Made by a program: the position numbers and the translations under genes
The notes under the pieces: model-generated
What the model was told of the DNA's origin: nothing
What the model saw: only the letters and a program-made list of their open reading frames with translations
The model's database searches: none
Assembly (NCBI GenBank): GCA_965116875.1
Contig: OZ220733.1
Coordinates: 3,072,001-3,136,000, forward strand
DNA from: Candidatus Latescibacterota bacterium
Lineage (GTDB): Bacteria > Latescibacterota > UBA2968 > GCA-2709665
Length of the DNA: 64,000 nt
Direction of reading: 5' to 3'
In this document: positions 1-10,100 of the stretch, piece by piece
Numbering within the stretch: the stretch's first letter is position 1
How the letters are laid out: each line of letters starts with the position of its first letter

Positions 1-369
1 GTTCTGGCCCACGATGTTGCCCGTTCCGGCGGGTCTGTTGACAGAAAAGGAAGTACAGCCGGAGTCCACTTCCGCCTGAAGCTGATTGCGGACCTGGAGC
101 ATCATGAGATTGTCCAGCGAGACACCCGAGGACTCCGACATGCCGCGCATCTCTTCGAGCATATGGGGCGCGTATCCCTCCACGTACGGAATGCAGTCCC
201 TGGCGACGGCCATCGCCCGCTCGACGGAGACGTTGACGCTCTTGTTCACGCGTTCAAGGGCGATGTCCGCAAAGCCCCTCACTTCCTCGCGGGCGGCCTC
301 GCCGATCTGCCGGCCCATCTCATACGGCGAACCGGCGACTTCGATCTCACGGTATCGTGTGTCTGACAT
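1..369 (-). CDS. C45-family Ntn peptidase / acyltransferase (partial; 3' end lies outside the window)
   Basis: Manual translation gives MSDTRYREIEVAGSPYEMGRQIGEA...LEEMRGMSESSG...GCTSF...IVGQN. This shows the GSPYEMG start, the G|CTS autocleavage site and the GQN motif. GGAGGT RBS upstream. Absent from the ORF track. Confidence 0.8.
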   Translation of the reverse strand, partial: MSDTRYREIEVAGSPYEMGRQIGEAAREEVRGFADIALERVNKSVNVSVERAMAVARDCIPYVEGYAPHMLEEMRGMSESSGVSLDNLMMLQVRNQLQAEVDSGCTSFSVNRPAGTGNIVGQN

Positions 370-392
370 TCGGACCTCCTTGGAACCTGAAG

Positions 393-582
393 GCGGGAGA
401 GGGGAGAAGAAATGCGGGGAGACGGTAGAAGAAGCCTTTGCCCGGTATCTTATTCCTTCTCGCCTCCGGCACGATTAGAAACCTCACAAGGCAGGTAATC
501 TCTACCCTCTCCCGTCTTCCGTCTCACCAGGTGGTGGGGCGGGGTGTGGTCCTCTCCCCTCTCCCGTCTGACGTCTACCCGC
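393..582 (+). repeat. Dispersed long-hairpin element, copy 1
   Basis: Purine-rich left arm, pyrimidine-rich right arm, and core TTGCCCGG..GCCTCCGGC..CCTCACAAGGCAGGTAATCTCT shared with four other loci. Confidence 0.8.
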
Positions 583-584
583 TT

Positions 585-1823
585 TTATCGGTTTCTTTCC
601 GCCACTTCCCTTACGATCTGTGCGGCGAGTTCGCAGTGTTCGGGTTCATAGCGTTCACAGAAGGATGACCAGCGTACGAAGGATTCCAGAAAGCGCTGTG
701 CATTGGGGCACGTATCGCCGTTGTACGAATATTCCCTGGAAGCAGGGGGCATCGAAAAAGGATACGATCTCTGCTCCGCCTTTTCGGCGAGGAAGGGCAG
801 TGCAGGGGGCATCAGGTAGTAACGACCCGTGCCCGCGCCCGGGATACCGCCTTCCGCGACCTGCTGCGCAAACGAATCGGGGGTACAGGCGAATGCCTCC
901 GGATCCACGCTGAAGCCTGCCATCCAGCAGGAGTAGACGTCCATGTATTCCGGGATCGGCAGCGGGGTGATGCCCGGAATCTCTTCCAGCATCTCGGCCA
1001 GCAGACGGATCATCCGGTCCCGCTGTTCCACGTTGGGGCGGATGATTTCGAGTTGCGCCAGGGTGACGGCGGCGGTGCATTGCGGCATGCGGTGGGCGAA
1101 TCCGGCCACGACGTGCTGCCGCCCGAATCCCTCGAGCATCTGGCCGCCGCGGCTGTGGCCGATGAAACGCATACGCTCGGCGAGTTCGCCGTCGTTGGTC
1201 ACCACGCAGCCGCCGATATCCGAACCCATGGTTTTCTCGGAATCGAAGGAGAACGCGCCGGCGGTGGACAGAGACCCGGCGAACCGGCCCTTGTATTCTC
1301 CAAAGACGGCCTGGCAGGCGTCCTCGTAGACGATGAGACCGTGCTCTTCCGCGAGTTCCACGATGGGATCCATATCGCAGATCGTGCCGGTCATGTGTAC
1401 AACCAGAATGGCGCGGGTACGATCCGTAATGCAGGGCGCAATGGTCTCGGCGCTGCTGATCATCGTTCCGGCGTCCGTGTCCGCGAAAACGGGGATGTAG
1501 TTCTCCCGGATGATCCCCTGGACGGTTCCGTAGTCCGTTACCGAACTCACGATGATTTCATCACCGGGATCGAAGTCCAGCGCGCAGGCCAGAACGGCCA
1601 GAGCGGGCGTGCAGCCTGGCGTGGCAATGCAGTGTTCCACGCCCATTTCTTCCGCGAACGCGTCTTCGAATCGCCCGATCATGTTGCACGTGAGACCCGA
1701 GTCGACCACCTCCTGGAGATAGGCCATCGCGTTGGGTCCGACGGTGCGCGGAAAGGGCTGGGGCAGCGTGCCCGCGAGCCCCGCGGCGGCATCCGCGCCG
1801 AATCTTGCCCGTTCGATGCTCAT
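585..1823 (-). CDS. DegT/DnrJ/EryC1/StrS family PLP aminotransferase
   Basis: EDACQA motif, FSFDSEKT PLP-lysine region, GGCVVTND. Confidence 0.9.
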   Translation of the reverse strand: MSIERARFGADAAAGLAGTLPQPFPRTVGPNAMAYLQEVVDSGLTCNMIGRFEDAFAEEMGVEHCIATPGCTPALAVLACALDFDPGDEIIVSSVTDYGTVQGIIRENYIPVFADTDAGTMISSAETIAPCITDRTRAILVVHMTGTICDMDPIVELAEEHGLIVYEDACQAVFGEYKGRFAGSLSTAGAFSFDSEKTMGSDIGGCVVTNDGELAERMRFIGHSRGGQMLEGFGRQHVVAGFAHRMPQCTAAVTLAQLEIIRPNVEQRDRMIRLLAEMLEEIPGITPLPIPEYMDVYSCWMAGFSVDPEAFACTPDSFAQQVAEGGIPGAGTGRYYLMPPALPFLAEKAEQRSYPFSMPPASREYSYNGDTCPNAQRFLESFVRWSSFCERYEPEHCELAAQIVREVAERNR

Positions 1824-1859
1824 GGTTCATCCTTTCCGGCAATTCATGCTGGCGGAGCG

Positions 1860-2612
1860 TTATTTCTTCGGCTGCGAAGCGTACATTTCCTTCGAATAGA
1901 CGTGCGGCTGTATCTCGGGGTTCGCGGCGTCGATCATGCCCTGAAGGTATTCTACCGTTTTCGCGACCGCAGCCTCAACGAGAATCTTCCCCAGTTCTTC
2001 GGTCGCTTTCGTGGGCTCCCGGTTCTCCTGGTCCTGCATGGCTTCGTGCCGGATGTTCTCCGGGCAGATGACCATGGCCATGGCGGTCTCGTATTCGCCC
2101 GCGTGGCCGGGCACCCTGCTCGTGCAGTGCTGCTCGGCGATTTCACGGCTCAGATTCCAGTAGGAGTGGAATTGCACGTTGGCTTCCGGTGCGGTGAGCT
2201 GAAAGAAAAGTTGCCACTGCCGGAGGATGCCCATCATGGGCGCCTCGTTACCGCCGTGTCCATTGAGAATGAGTACGTTTTTGACGCCGTGGCGCACCAG
2301 GCTCTCAACGGCGTCGAAAAGTACGGACAGCCAGCTTCCGGGTTTTGCAGTGACGGTTCCTTTATGGATCATATGATGTTCAGAGATACCGACCGCCATC
2401 GGCACGTTCACGACAACATCGGGGTAGAGCCTTCCGGCGGCTTCGGTAGCCACGTACGTCGCCGCACGGATGTCATACTCCATAGCCAGGTGCTCGAGGT
2501 GCTGTTCATTGCTTCCGGTGGGAATGATGGCGGTTCCGAATCGACCGGCTTCCAGGGCTTCCCGGAATTCTCTCCGGGTGAATCTGGCCAGCGCGACTTC
2601 CTGGTTAGGCAT
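1860..2612 (-). CDS. Creatininase family amidohydrolase
   Basis: PTGSNEQH, SEHH, NGHGGN and HAGEYET motifs. Confidence 0.92.
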   Translation of the reverse strand: MPNQEVALARFTRREFREALEAGRFGTAIIPTGSNEQHLEHLAMEYDIRAATYVATEAAGRLYPDVVVNVPMAVGISEHHMIHKGTVTAKPGSWLSVLFDAVESLVRHGVKNVLILNGHGGNEAPMMGILRQWQLFFQLTAPEANVQFHSYWNLSREIAEQHCTSRVPGHAGEYETAMAMVICPENIRHEAMQDQENREPTKATEELGKILVEAAVAKTVEYLQGMIDAANPEIQPHVYSKEMYASQPKK

Positions 2613-2852
2613 TTGGGTTCTCCTTTTGGGACCTGGGATCTCTGTTCATTCGACGGGTGCTGTCCAGGTGAGCCGGCACACGGGCACTTCGACAAGCTCA
2701 GTGACCACGTTTCGGTAGGCTCAAATACCACTCTGACAAGCTGAGCCGCTTCTAACGGAGGATGTAAACGAAAGGTTCCTCACCGTAACGAAAAGGGGTT
2801 CAAACCGGACCGTGGATGACGTGTTAGTGACACCCGGATTGCGGGACCGGAT

Positions 2853-4148
2853 TCAAATCGCTGTCTTCAGACGGGCAAAGTGGATGGTGTCGTCCAGCAC
2901 GATCAGGGCCATATACGTCGTCACATCGGTACGGGATTCATCCAGACCTGCAAGGACCCCGCGGAACCAGGCGCGCCGCTTCTCGTTCCAGGGTTCGATC
3001 GTGCCGATATCACTGTTGAAATCGCGGATTTCGGAACTGGTCTTTCCGTGGTTTTCGTTGAGCCAATCGAAGATCTCTCCGTCCGTTCGGCCCGCCCTGA
3101 TGAGATCGGTTAAGTCGACCATGGCAAACCCGTAAAACTCCGCGATCTTCTTGTCCAGCCCGGATTCTTCCGCGTACTTGTATTGACCCAGCAGATCGTG
3201 GATTGCCGCCCTGCCCTTGTCGATCATCCGGGCCAGGCCGAAGAGACCGCCCACGGAAGCGTCGTACGGGCTTCTGGGCGGATGGCGGGTCAGATCCACA
3301 ACGCCGAATGACACCTCGTCATCCACGTCGAGCAGGTCGAACCAGGTGGTGATGTCGGTGCGGTTTGGCGCGGCGTTCGCGAGCGCAGCCTTGAAGATCG
3401 CGCATTCCTTGATGTCTTCCGGGCCTTTTCCGGCTATTCGATGGTTGAATTGCGATATTTCGCCTGAATGCGCGCGGGTGTGTTCCCGAACCCAGTCCCC
3501 TAGCTCCACGTCGTTCGGGTTCCGGTAGGCGGCATCCTTGAAGTCCTCCGCCGTAAAGCCGAAGCAGTCGGTGATGGCCTGGTCGATCGGGCAGTTGTAG
3601 ATGTACTCGCCGGGGGTCCCTGCCATTTCCGCGCGGGCCTTGTCCGCCATCCGCGCCAGGCCGAAGATCCCCGCGACGTCCCGGCGGTACGGGGACCGCG
3701 GCGCCCTTTGCGAGAGGTCCACGTCTCTGAAGTTGGCCCAGTCGTCCAGTTCGATGGACTGGAATACGGTGACGATGTCGGTTCTGCCAGGCGCGAATTT
3801 CTCGATGCGGTCCTTCAGCCGCTGTTTGCCCGCCTCGTCGTCCGGCTCGCGCTGGAGATGATACCGATTGAAGGCGTGGATCTCCTCGTCCGTACGGTCC
3901 GAAACCTCCCGTATCCAGCGTCCGAGATCAGAATCGCCATAACGCCCGGCGGCGTCGGCAAAGTCTTCGTGCGAGACGCCCAGAAAATCCAGCAGAATCT
4001 TGTCCAGGCCCGAATCGTCGCCGTACAGGAATTCACCCAGCGTACGGTAGTTGTATGCGCGGGCCTTGTCCGTCATCCGGGCGAGGTTGACGATTCCGGC
4101 GATTGAGACGTTGGAAGGGCGGCGCGGCGGTTGGCGGCTCAGGTCCAC
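2853..4148 (-). CDS. Protein with three tandem DUF5069-like domains
   Basis: Three copies of DL..xPPRxP..G..LARMxDKxRA. Confidence 0.8.
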   Translation of the reverse strand: MDLSRQPPRRPSNVSIAGIVNLARMTDKARAYNYRTLGEFLYGDDSGLDKILLDFLGVSHEDFADAAGRYGDSDLGRWIREVSDRTDEEIHAFNRYHLQREPDDEAGKQRLKDRIEKFAPGRTDIVTVFQSIELDDWANFRDVDLSQRAPRSPYRRDVAGIFGLARMADKARAEMAGTPGEYIYNCPIDQAITDCFGFTAEDFKDAAYRNPNDVELGDWVREHTRAHSGEISQFNHRIAGKGPEDIKECAIFKAALANAAPNRTDITTWFDLLDVDDEVSFGVVDLTRHPPRSPYDASVGGLFGLARMIDKGRAAIHDLLGQYKYAEESGLDKKIAEFYGFAMVDLTDLIRAGRTDGEIFDWLNENHGKTSSEIRDFNSDIGTIEPWNEKRRAWFRGVLAGLDESRTDVTTYMALIVLDDTIHFARLKTAI

Positions 4149-4187
4149 GTGACTTCCTTTCTGCGCGAAATTTCACAACGTAAATTG

Positions 4188-4577
4188 CTACCATCTTGCA
4201 AGAGATATCGCCTCTATTTCATCAAAATGGGCGTCCCGGGCAACCAGAGTCAGCCGGTTTTGTACGGACTGTGCAGCAATCCATATATCATTCTCCGGTA
4301 TTGGGCGTCCCATCAGGCGAAGTTGATTCTTGATCGTACCATATTGACGGGCCGTTCCCAGATCACATCCGATCACGTTTGAAGTGGATGCCAGGTCATT
4401 TATGCGTTCCAGGTTGGAAATCACTCGAGTCGATTTCTCCGCACCGTAATACAACTCGCCCAAAACAACGTTGGAAATAAAGACCTCGCCCGCTTCGCCA
4501 AGTTGCCGCTGGATGTTTTGTTCATTGGCAAAAAGAGCTATGACGATCGTAGTATCCAGCAGATATCTACCATTCAT
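4188..4577 (-). CDS. vapC: VapC-family PIN-domain toxin
   Basis: YLLDT, GELYYGA, ENDIWIAA and DAHF PIN motifs. Confidence 0.9.
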   Translation of the reverse strand: MNGRYLLDTTIVIALFANEQNIQRQLGEAGEVFISNVVLGELYYGAEKSTRVISNLERINDLASTSNVIGCDLGTARQYGTIKNQLRLMGRPIPENDIWIAAQSVQNRLTLVARDAHFDEIEAISLARW

Positions 4578-4797
4578 TATAGTCTACTCGTTCGCAACCT
4601 CTTTCAATCGCCTGAGCTATTTCTTCAAGGTTTGCCTTGTCGATAGCACCAGCAAACCTCAGCAGGCATTCACCTGATATGCCGGGCGCTTGGTCATTGA
4701 CCAGCGAACGCGCGAATTCCAGGACACGTTCCTTCTGTGGAGTTGCCAACTTGTGGACCTCATCAAGGATATTTTTTTCTAAGGATGTCTCTGCCAT
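4567..4797 (-). CDS. Putative antitoxin of the downstream VapC
   Basis: 76-aa ORF directly upstream of vapC and overlapping its start. Confidence 0.7.
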   Translation of the reverse strand: MAETSLEKNILDEVHKLATPQKERVLEFARSLVNDQAPGISGECLLRFAGAIDKANLEEIAQAIERGCERVDYNEW

Positions 4798-4867
4798 ATT
4801 CTTGCTCCAGCCACAACGATGGATATTGGGTGACCTACTTATGCATAATGGCCCTTCACGTTCGTCG

Positions 4868-5086
4868 TCAGTATCGAATGACCGTCGACTCGTACTCGAT
4901 CAACTCTTCTGCACAGGCGAGTGCCGTCCTCAGGTCCTCGTCCGTGATCGCATATTCCGTGCAGACCTCGTTCGGATCAGATCCGCCCGCGAGACTCCCG
5001 ATAACTCTATGTACAGGTACTCTTGTTCCCCTGATCACCGGTTTTCCATGACGAATTGACGGATCAATAACAATGCGATCGTTCAT
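4868..5086 (-). CDS. DUF433 domain protein (antitoxin-like)
   Basis: RIVIDPSIRHGKPVIRGTRVPV motif; ATG at 5086 follows a GGAGG RBS. Confidence 0.88.
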   Translation of the reverse strand: MNDRIVIDPSIRHGKPVIRGTRVPVHRVIGSLAGGSDPNEVCTEYAITDEDLRTALACAEELIEYESTVIRY

Positions 5087-5237
5087 TTTACGGCCTCCTC
5101 CAATTCCAGGTGACATCCAGCCGACTAATGGGCCGCCCGCGCACCGATCAATAGTACGCAAACCCCCATGCAGTGTCAAGGAATCCGGAAAGTCACGACC
5201 GGTCTGTGATCGGTGCAAAGGATGCCGATGTTCAAAT

Positions 5238-5864
5238 TTACGTATTCATGCGGGTGAGCGTATCGCGGTCGTTGAGGAACGGGACGGACCGGTCCAGAAA
5301 GGCCTGCAGGAGGCTGTCCGGGGTCAGATCGGACGTATCGATTTCAAACTTGCGCATGATCCAGCAGGCGCTGTACTCCGCCTGGAATTCGTCCAGGATT
5401 TCCTGGACGTCGTCCCTGGGAACAACGTGATACGTATGGCGGTCCTCTTCCATGCGTCTTTCGATGACGTCGGCGCTGGCCTTGAGATGGACCAGGATGG
5501 TGTCCCGGGGCATCTCCGCTTCCCAGGCTCTCGGCGTTTCGGAGAGGCGGCCCACGGCGGGATAATAGTACCTGGGGCCGTAGATATACTCCTCGATATG
5601 AAACCCGCCCAGCAGAATGTGTTCGTATTTGTTGATCAGCCGGACGTGGTAGGCAAGCTGGAACCGCTGGTAGCGCTCCTTGATGGCTTCCGGCAGACCC
5701 AGCATGATCCGCTGATCGCCTTCGGTTTTGAGCATCTGGCAGTCGGGAATGCTGAAGTGGTCGTCCAGGTGATGGACGATGCCCCGTTCGCGCCCCCACT
5801 GCATGAGGCCGTCGAAAAGAGTTGTTTTTCCGGTGTATTCACAGCCGATCGCGATGATGCGCAT
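5238..5864 (-). CDS. P-loop nucleoside monophosphate kinase-like protein
   Basis: N-terminal Walker A GCEYTGKTT, LVHLKASADVIERR lid region, IDTSDLTP C-terminus. Confidence 0.65.
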   Translation of the reverse strand: MRIIAIGCEYTGKTTLFDGLMQWGRERGIVHHLDDHFSIPDCQMLKTEGDQRIMLGLPEAIKERYQRFQLAYHVRLINKYEHILLGGFHIEEYIYGPRYYYPAVGRLSETPRAWEAEMPRDTILVHLKASADVIERRMEEDRHTYHVVPRDDVQEILDEFQAEYSACWIMRKFEIDTSDLTPDSLLQAFLDRSVPFLNDRDTLTRMNT

Positions 5865-5938
5865 GGCGAGATCTCCTTAATAAATCAGCCGACGCGTCCG
5901 TAAGACACGATGAGGCATGACGTGTTGTGATGCAAGAT

Positions 5939-6070
5939 CGGGTAGACGTAAGAGGTGAGACGATAGAAGAAATCATCGCCGGGTATGTTATTCCTCCTTG
6001 CCTTCGGCAAGAAAAGAATCCTCACGAGGCAGGCAATCTCTCCCCTCTACCGTGACTTACGTCTCACCCG
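5939..6070 (+). repeat. Dispersed long-hairpin element, copy 2
   Basis: Core GCCTTCGGC..CCTCACGAGGCAGGCAATCTCT with heptameric arms. Confidence 0.8.
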
Positions 6071-6834
6071 GTGGTCGTTGTGATGGGCGAGGTAACGGCC
6101 TGGATGAAGGCGCTGACGCGGATGACGTCGGTGACGTCGATTGAGAATTCCGGGGGGCGAAGCTCGCCGCCCATGAAGGCATTCGGATTGCGGTACGTCA
6201 TCCGGCCGGGAACGCGGCTCCCGGCGGCGACGTGAATTTCACGCGCGCCGGTGCCGGCGATCACCTTCGCGACGTTGCGTTCCGAAATGCCGCCGCCGGG
6301 CATGATCACGATGCGGCCGGCGGCCTTCTCGATCAACCCGGCAATGAGGTCGACCCCTTCCAACGCCGAAACTTCCTGACCCGAAGTGAGTACCCGGTCC
6401 ACGCCCAGCGAAATCAGGTGGTCCAGCGCCCGGTGGGGATCGGAGGTCATGTCGAACGCCCGGTGGAACGTCACCGGAAGCGGGCGGATGCGTTCGATGA
6501 GAGCGCCCGTGCGCTCCACGTCGATCGATCCGTCCGGATTCAGAATGCCGATCACAATCCCGTCCGCGCCCCCTTCGGCGGCCGTTTCGACGTCGCGAGC
6601 CATGGTTTCGAACTCGACTTCGGAATAGCAGAAGTCGCCTCCTCGCGGGCGTACGATCACGTTGAGACCGATGTCGATATGCTTGCGGGCAACATGAATG
6701 GCGCCCGCGCTGGGGGTGGTGCCGCCCTCGATCAGATTATCGCACAGCTCCACGCGGTGGGCCCCGCCTTCCTGTGCGGCGACGGCGCCCTGCGCGGAAC
6801 CGACGCAGATTTCAAACAGTACCGGCGTGTTCAA
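6064..6834 (-). CDS. cutC: Copper homeostasis protein CutC
   Basis: EICV, RVELC..GGTTPS, RPRGGDF, TFHRAFD and RVLTSG motifs. Confidence 0.95.
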   Translation of the reverse strand: MNTPVLFEICVGSAQGAVAAQEGGAHRVELCDNLIEGGTTPSAGAIHVARKHIDIGLNVIVRPRGGDFCYSEVEFETMARDVETAAEGGADGIVIGILNPDGSIDVERTGALIERIRPLPVTFHRAFDMTSDPHRALDHLISLGVDRVLTSGQEVSALEGVDLIAGLIEKAAGRIVIMPGGGISERNVAKVIAGTGAREIHVAAGSRVPGRMTYRNPNAFMGGELRPPEFSIDVTDVIRVSAFIQAVTSPITTTTG

Positions 6835-7120
6835 TCTTCACCTCCGTCATTGATGTCAGGGGACCTCCGAAAACGGGACTGAAACCCTTCGAAAGCGGCG
6901 ACAGGAATTAACCTCAATTCGAATAAAGACAACCGTTCATTTACCACAAAAAGCACGAAAGGCACAGAAGGTGACAGTGCCAAAACCGGGTATTGAGGTC
7001 GTACAAATGGATGAAATTCACCCTCACATCCAGTGACCTCAAGAAACCGGGACCTTTGACGTCATTTCGCCCTTGTTCTTCTGTATTTATTCGACATTAA
7101 AGTCCCGGCAAATTTACGAA

Positions 7121-10100
7121 TCAGGGTTCACTTGCAATATACCCGAACTCCATATCGTCCATCCAAAGGACCTGATCGGGTTCTCCCCCTGAATCGAACG
7201 CGACGGACACGGTTGTGTAGCCCGGTTGGACGTCCAGTTCCGCCTGGTACGCGGTCCACGTCTCAGCGGGCCTGACGTGGACGTCGAGTCGGGTACCCTG
7301 CTGTCCGGACACGGTCACGCGGGCATGGGTGGCCGTGCCGCGGGCCTTGAATCGCAGGTGGTACCGGCCGGTCGTGCGCAGGCGCATCGGTCGGCTGGTA
7401 AGCGACATGGGGTCCGTGGGTCTCGTAAACTTGAGGCAGGCGTTGCCTTCCGCGGCATCCTCCGTACACCATGCCGGCCAGGCGGTATCGTGGGTGCGGG
7501 AGTGCTGCACGTTCCAGCAGCGGGGCGGGTAATCCACGATGCCGGCTTCAAAACCGCCATTGCAGAGCAGGTTGATGAGTCTGCCCATGCGACTCTCTTT
7601 CAGGTGGGCGCAGACGTCCGGCCGGTCGTCCGGCGGATAGCGGACGAAGATCTCCGCGCCCTCTCGCAGGCAGGCGGTCACGCGGCCATTCCCGCGTACG
7701 CTCACATCCGGGTCCCACCGGTCCTGAACGAGCAGTTCCGCCCCTTCCGCGACCAGTTCGTAGACGCCCGGCTCGCGTGGGGAAATCTCGGAAGAGGCGA
7801 CAACATCCCCGTTGTCCGCGATGGCCGTCTGCAATTCCACCGTCTGCCGGCCATCGCCGTCTGCAAGCGTCAGTTGAAGCGGTTCCGGGGTCGTCGTCAG
7901 GTCCGAGACCGGGTCAACCCACAGGACGGATTCGCCCGCGTCGATGAGGTCGACTCGGAGCATCCCGTCACGCCACGTGCAATCGACGGGGATCACGTTC
8001 CGGGGACGCTCCGGATGTGTAACGAACACCGAGCCCGGCGCACGGGGAAGGTGGATGGAGAGCCGCACCGGCGTCCCGTGCCGGACCTGGAGGTGCGCGA
8101 CGGCGCTACGGGTATTGTAATTCGCCGCGGCGTCGCACTCCGCATCCGCGGACAGGAGAATCTCCCCATGCAGCTTGAGATGGGCGCCGCCGTGAAGCAG
8201 CCAGCGCTCGAGCCGGTCACCGGTTTGGCTGACATTGGCAACCCTGCCGTCCGTTTGTATACCCGCGGCTTCAATATCGCCGCCTTCCCGGTTTCGAAAC
8301 AGGACGCATTCGGACCGGTTCCCCGACTGAAAGCTGACGCCATCGCCGCCGTCTGCCTCCACGCGGCGGATATTGTCGACCTGCGGTCCTTCCGGATTCG
8401 TGTACGCATGCAGGACCGCCAGGATTTGCTCGCTGGTCCTCTTCCGGGTCGTAACCCGGATGTTCCACTGCTGGGGGAAGGCTTCGGTGACCCGGCACCA
8501 GTCCCGCGTTTTCAACGGAAACGGCCTGTCGTTGTTCTGCGAGTACCTCAGCACACCGCCCGCCAGGTGCCGGACCATGAGCCGCTGGTCCCGCTGCCGG
8601 ATGGTCATCGTCTGACCGGCCTCGTCTATGTCCGCGCGTTCGAACGTGTTGAGCGTCCAGGTATATTCCCGCGGTTCAGCCGCTTCGAGGATGTCGCAAA
8701 GGACGAAGACGCCGGGGCGGATGAAGAGGACATGGCGGTGGAACGTTTCGAGCAGTTCCCCGTACGCGCCCGAGGCGTCGCCGGTGAAGAAGCAGGCGTC
8801 GGGCGTATTGAAAAATGCCGTGATTTCTCCCTTGTGGGCGATGCCCCGGCGCTGGCTTTCCCCGTCCACGAGGATGGAATTGTGCGCCTGCGTGGTCCGG
8901 GTCCATTGAGCGTGGTACGTGTCCCCGGAATAGGTGTAATACCCCGCGTCGCAGCAAAGGATCTCACCCCCGGCGTGGATGACGAATCCGTTCTGGTCCT
9001 GGTGCGCGTGGCTGTGATCGCCCCAAGGGCTGCTCCGGAAGAAGATGCGGCTGCCTCCGTGATCGTAGAACCGGTCGTAAGCGGCGAGTTGTCCCACGTC
9101 GGGAAACAGGCGCGCCTGCGGGACATCCACCGGCGGCCCGGGCCTGACGCCGCTGCCTGCGAGGTACTGAAGCGGGAGATGCACCGGGTTGCATACCCGT
9201 GTATCGCTCCACCATTTGACCGCGGGATCTCCGGTCATCGCGGCCAGGAATGCGGAAACGTAGGTGTCCGCATCGCTTCCCAGATTCGGGTCGATCAGGG
9301 AATAGCAGTCCCCCCAGTGGTTCCACCAGTAATTGAGAGACATGCAATACAGCCAGAACGAGCCGGTATTCTGCCAACGGGGTTCGCGGAAGACGTCAAG
9401 ACCCGTCGCGGTTTTGAGTGCGGCCAGGGCTTCCAGGATGAACTGCACCTTGTGGCCGTATTTCTGGCCTTCGGTGTACCCGCCGTCGCTGCTGCCCCAC
9501 GCAACCCGGTTCACGTACTGGCGGATCAGGTAGTCGGCCCATTCGCGTGTCCGCGCGGATTCGGTCGCCACGGCGAGAACCGTGGACAGCAGCGCGTGCA
9601 TGCATTGTTGACCATGGGAATTCTGATAGTTCAGATGGATCTGAAGTCCTTCCCGGATCCACTGATAGGCGGCTTCGCAATGGAACTCGACGTGGCACAT
9701 TACACTCGAACGTTCCAGGGGCGTAAGCAGATCGTAGAGTCGATCGTACGCAAGGGCCATGCCCTTAAGCCCGTATTCGTAGCAGTAGACAACGGTATCG
9801 TGCTGTCCCCGGTCTTCCTGGTGGATGTCGACGCGGAAGTTCGAGATGAAAACCATCCAGCGCCGCGCGGCCTCGGCGTACTGTTTCTCTCCCGAGATCA
9901 GATAGGCGAACGAGAGCGCATTGACGGTATCGGCGCCTCGCTTGAGTTCGGAGATCCGGAAGTCCACCGGAAACGTGATGCGGCCGTCTCTCAGATGAAA
10001 TACCTGACCGCGACGTTCGTCCAGGCCCGCGGGCACGGACTGCAGATCCAATCCGGGAGGTGCGCTTTGAACCAGGGCGTCCGCGCGGTGCTTGAGGTGA

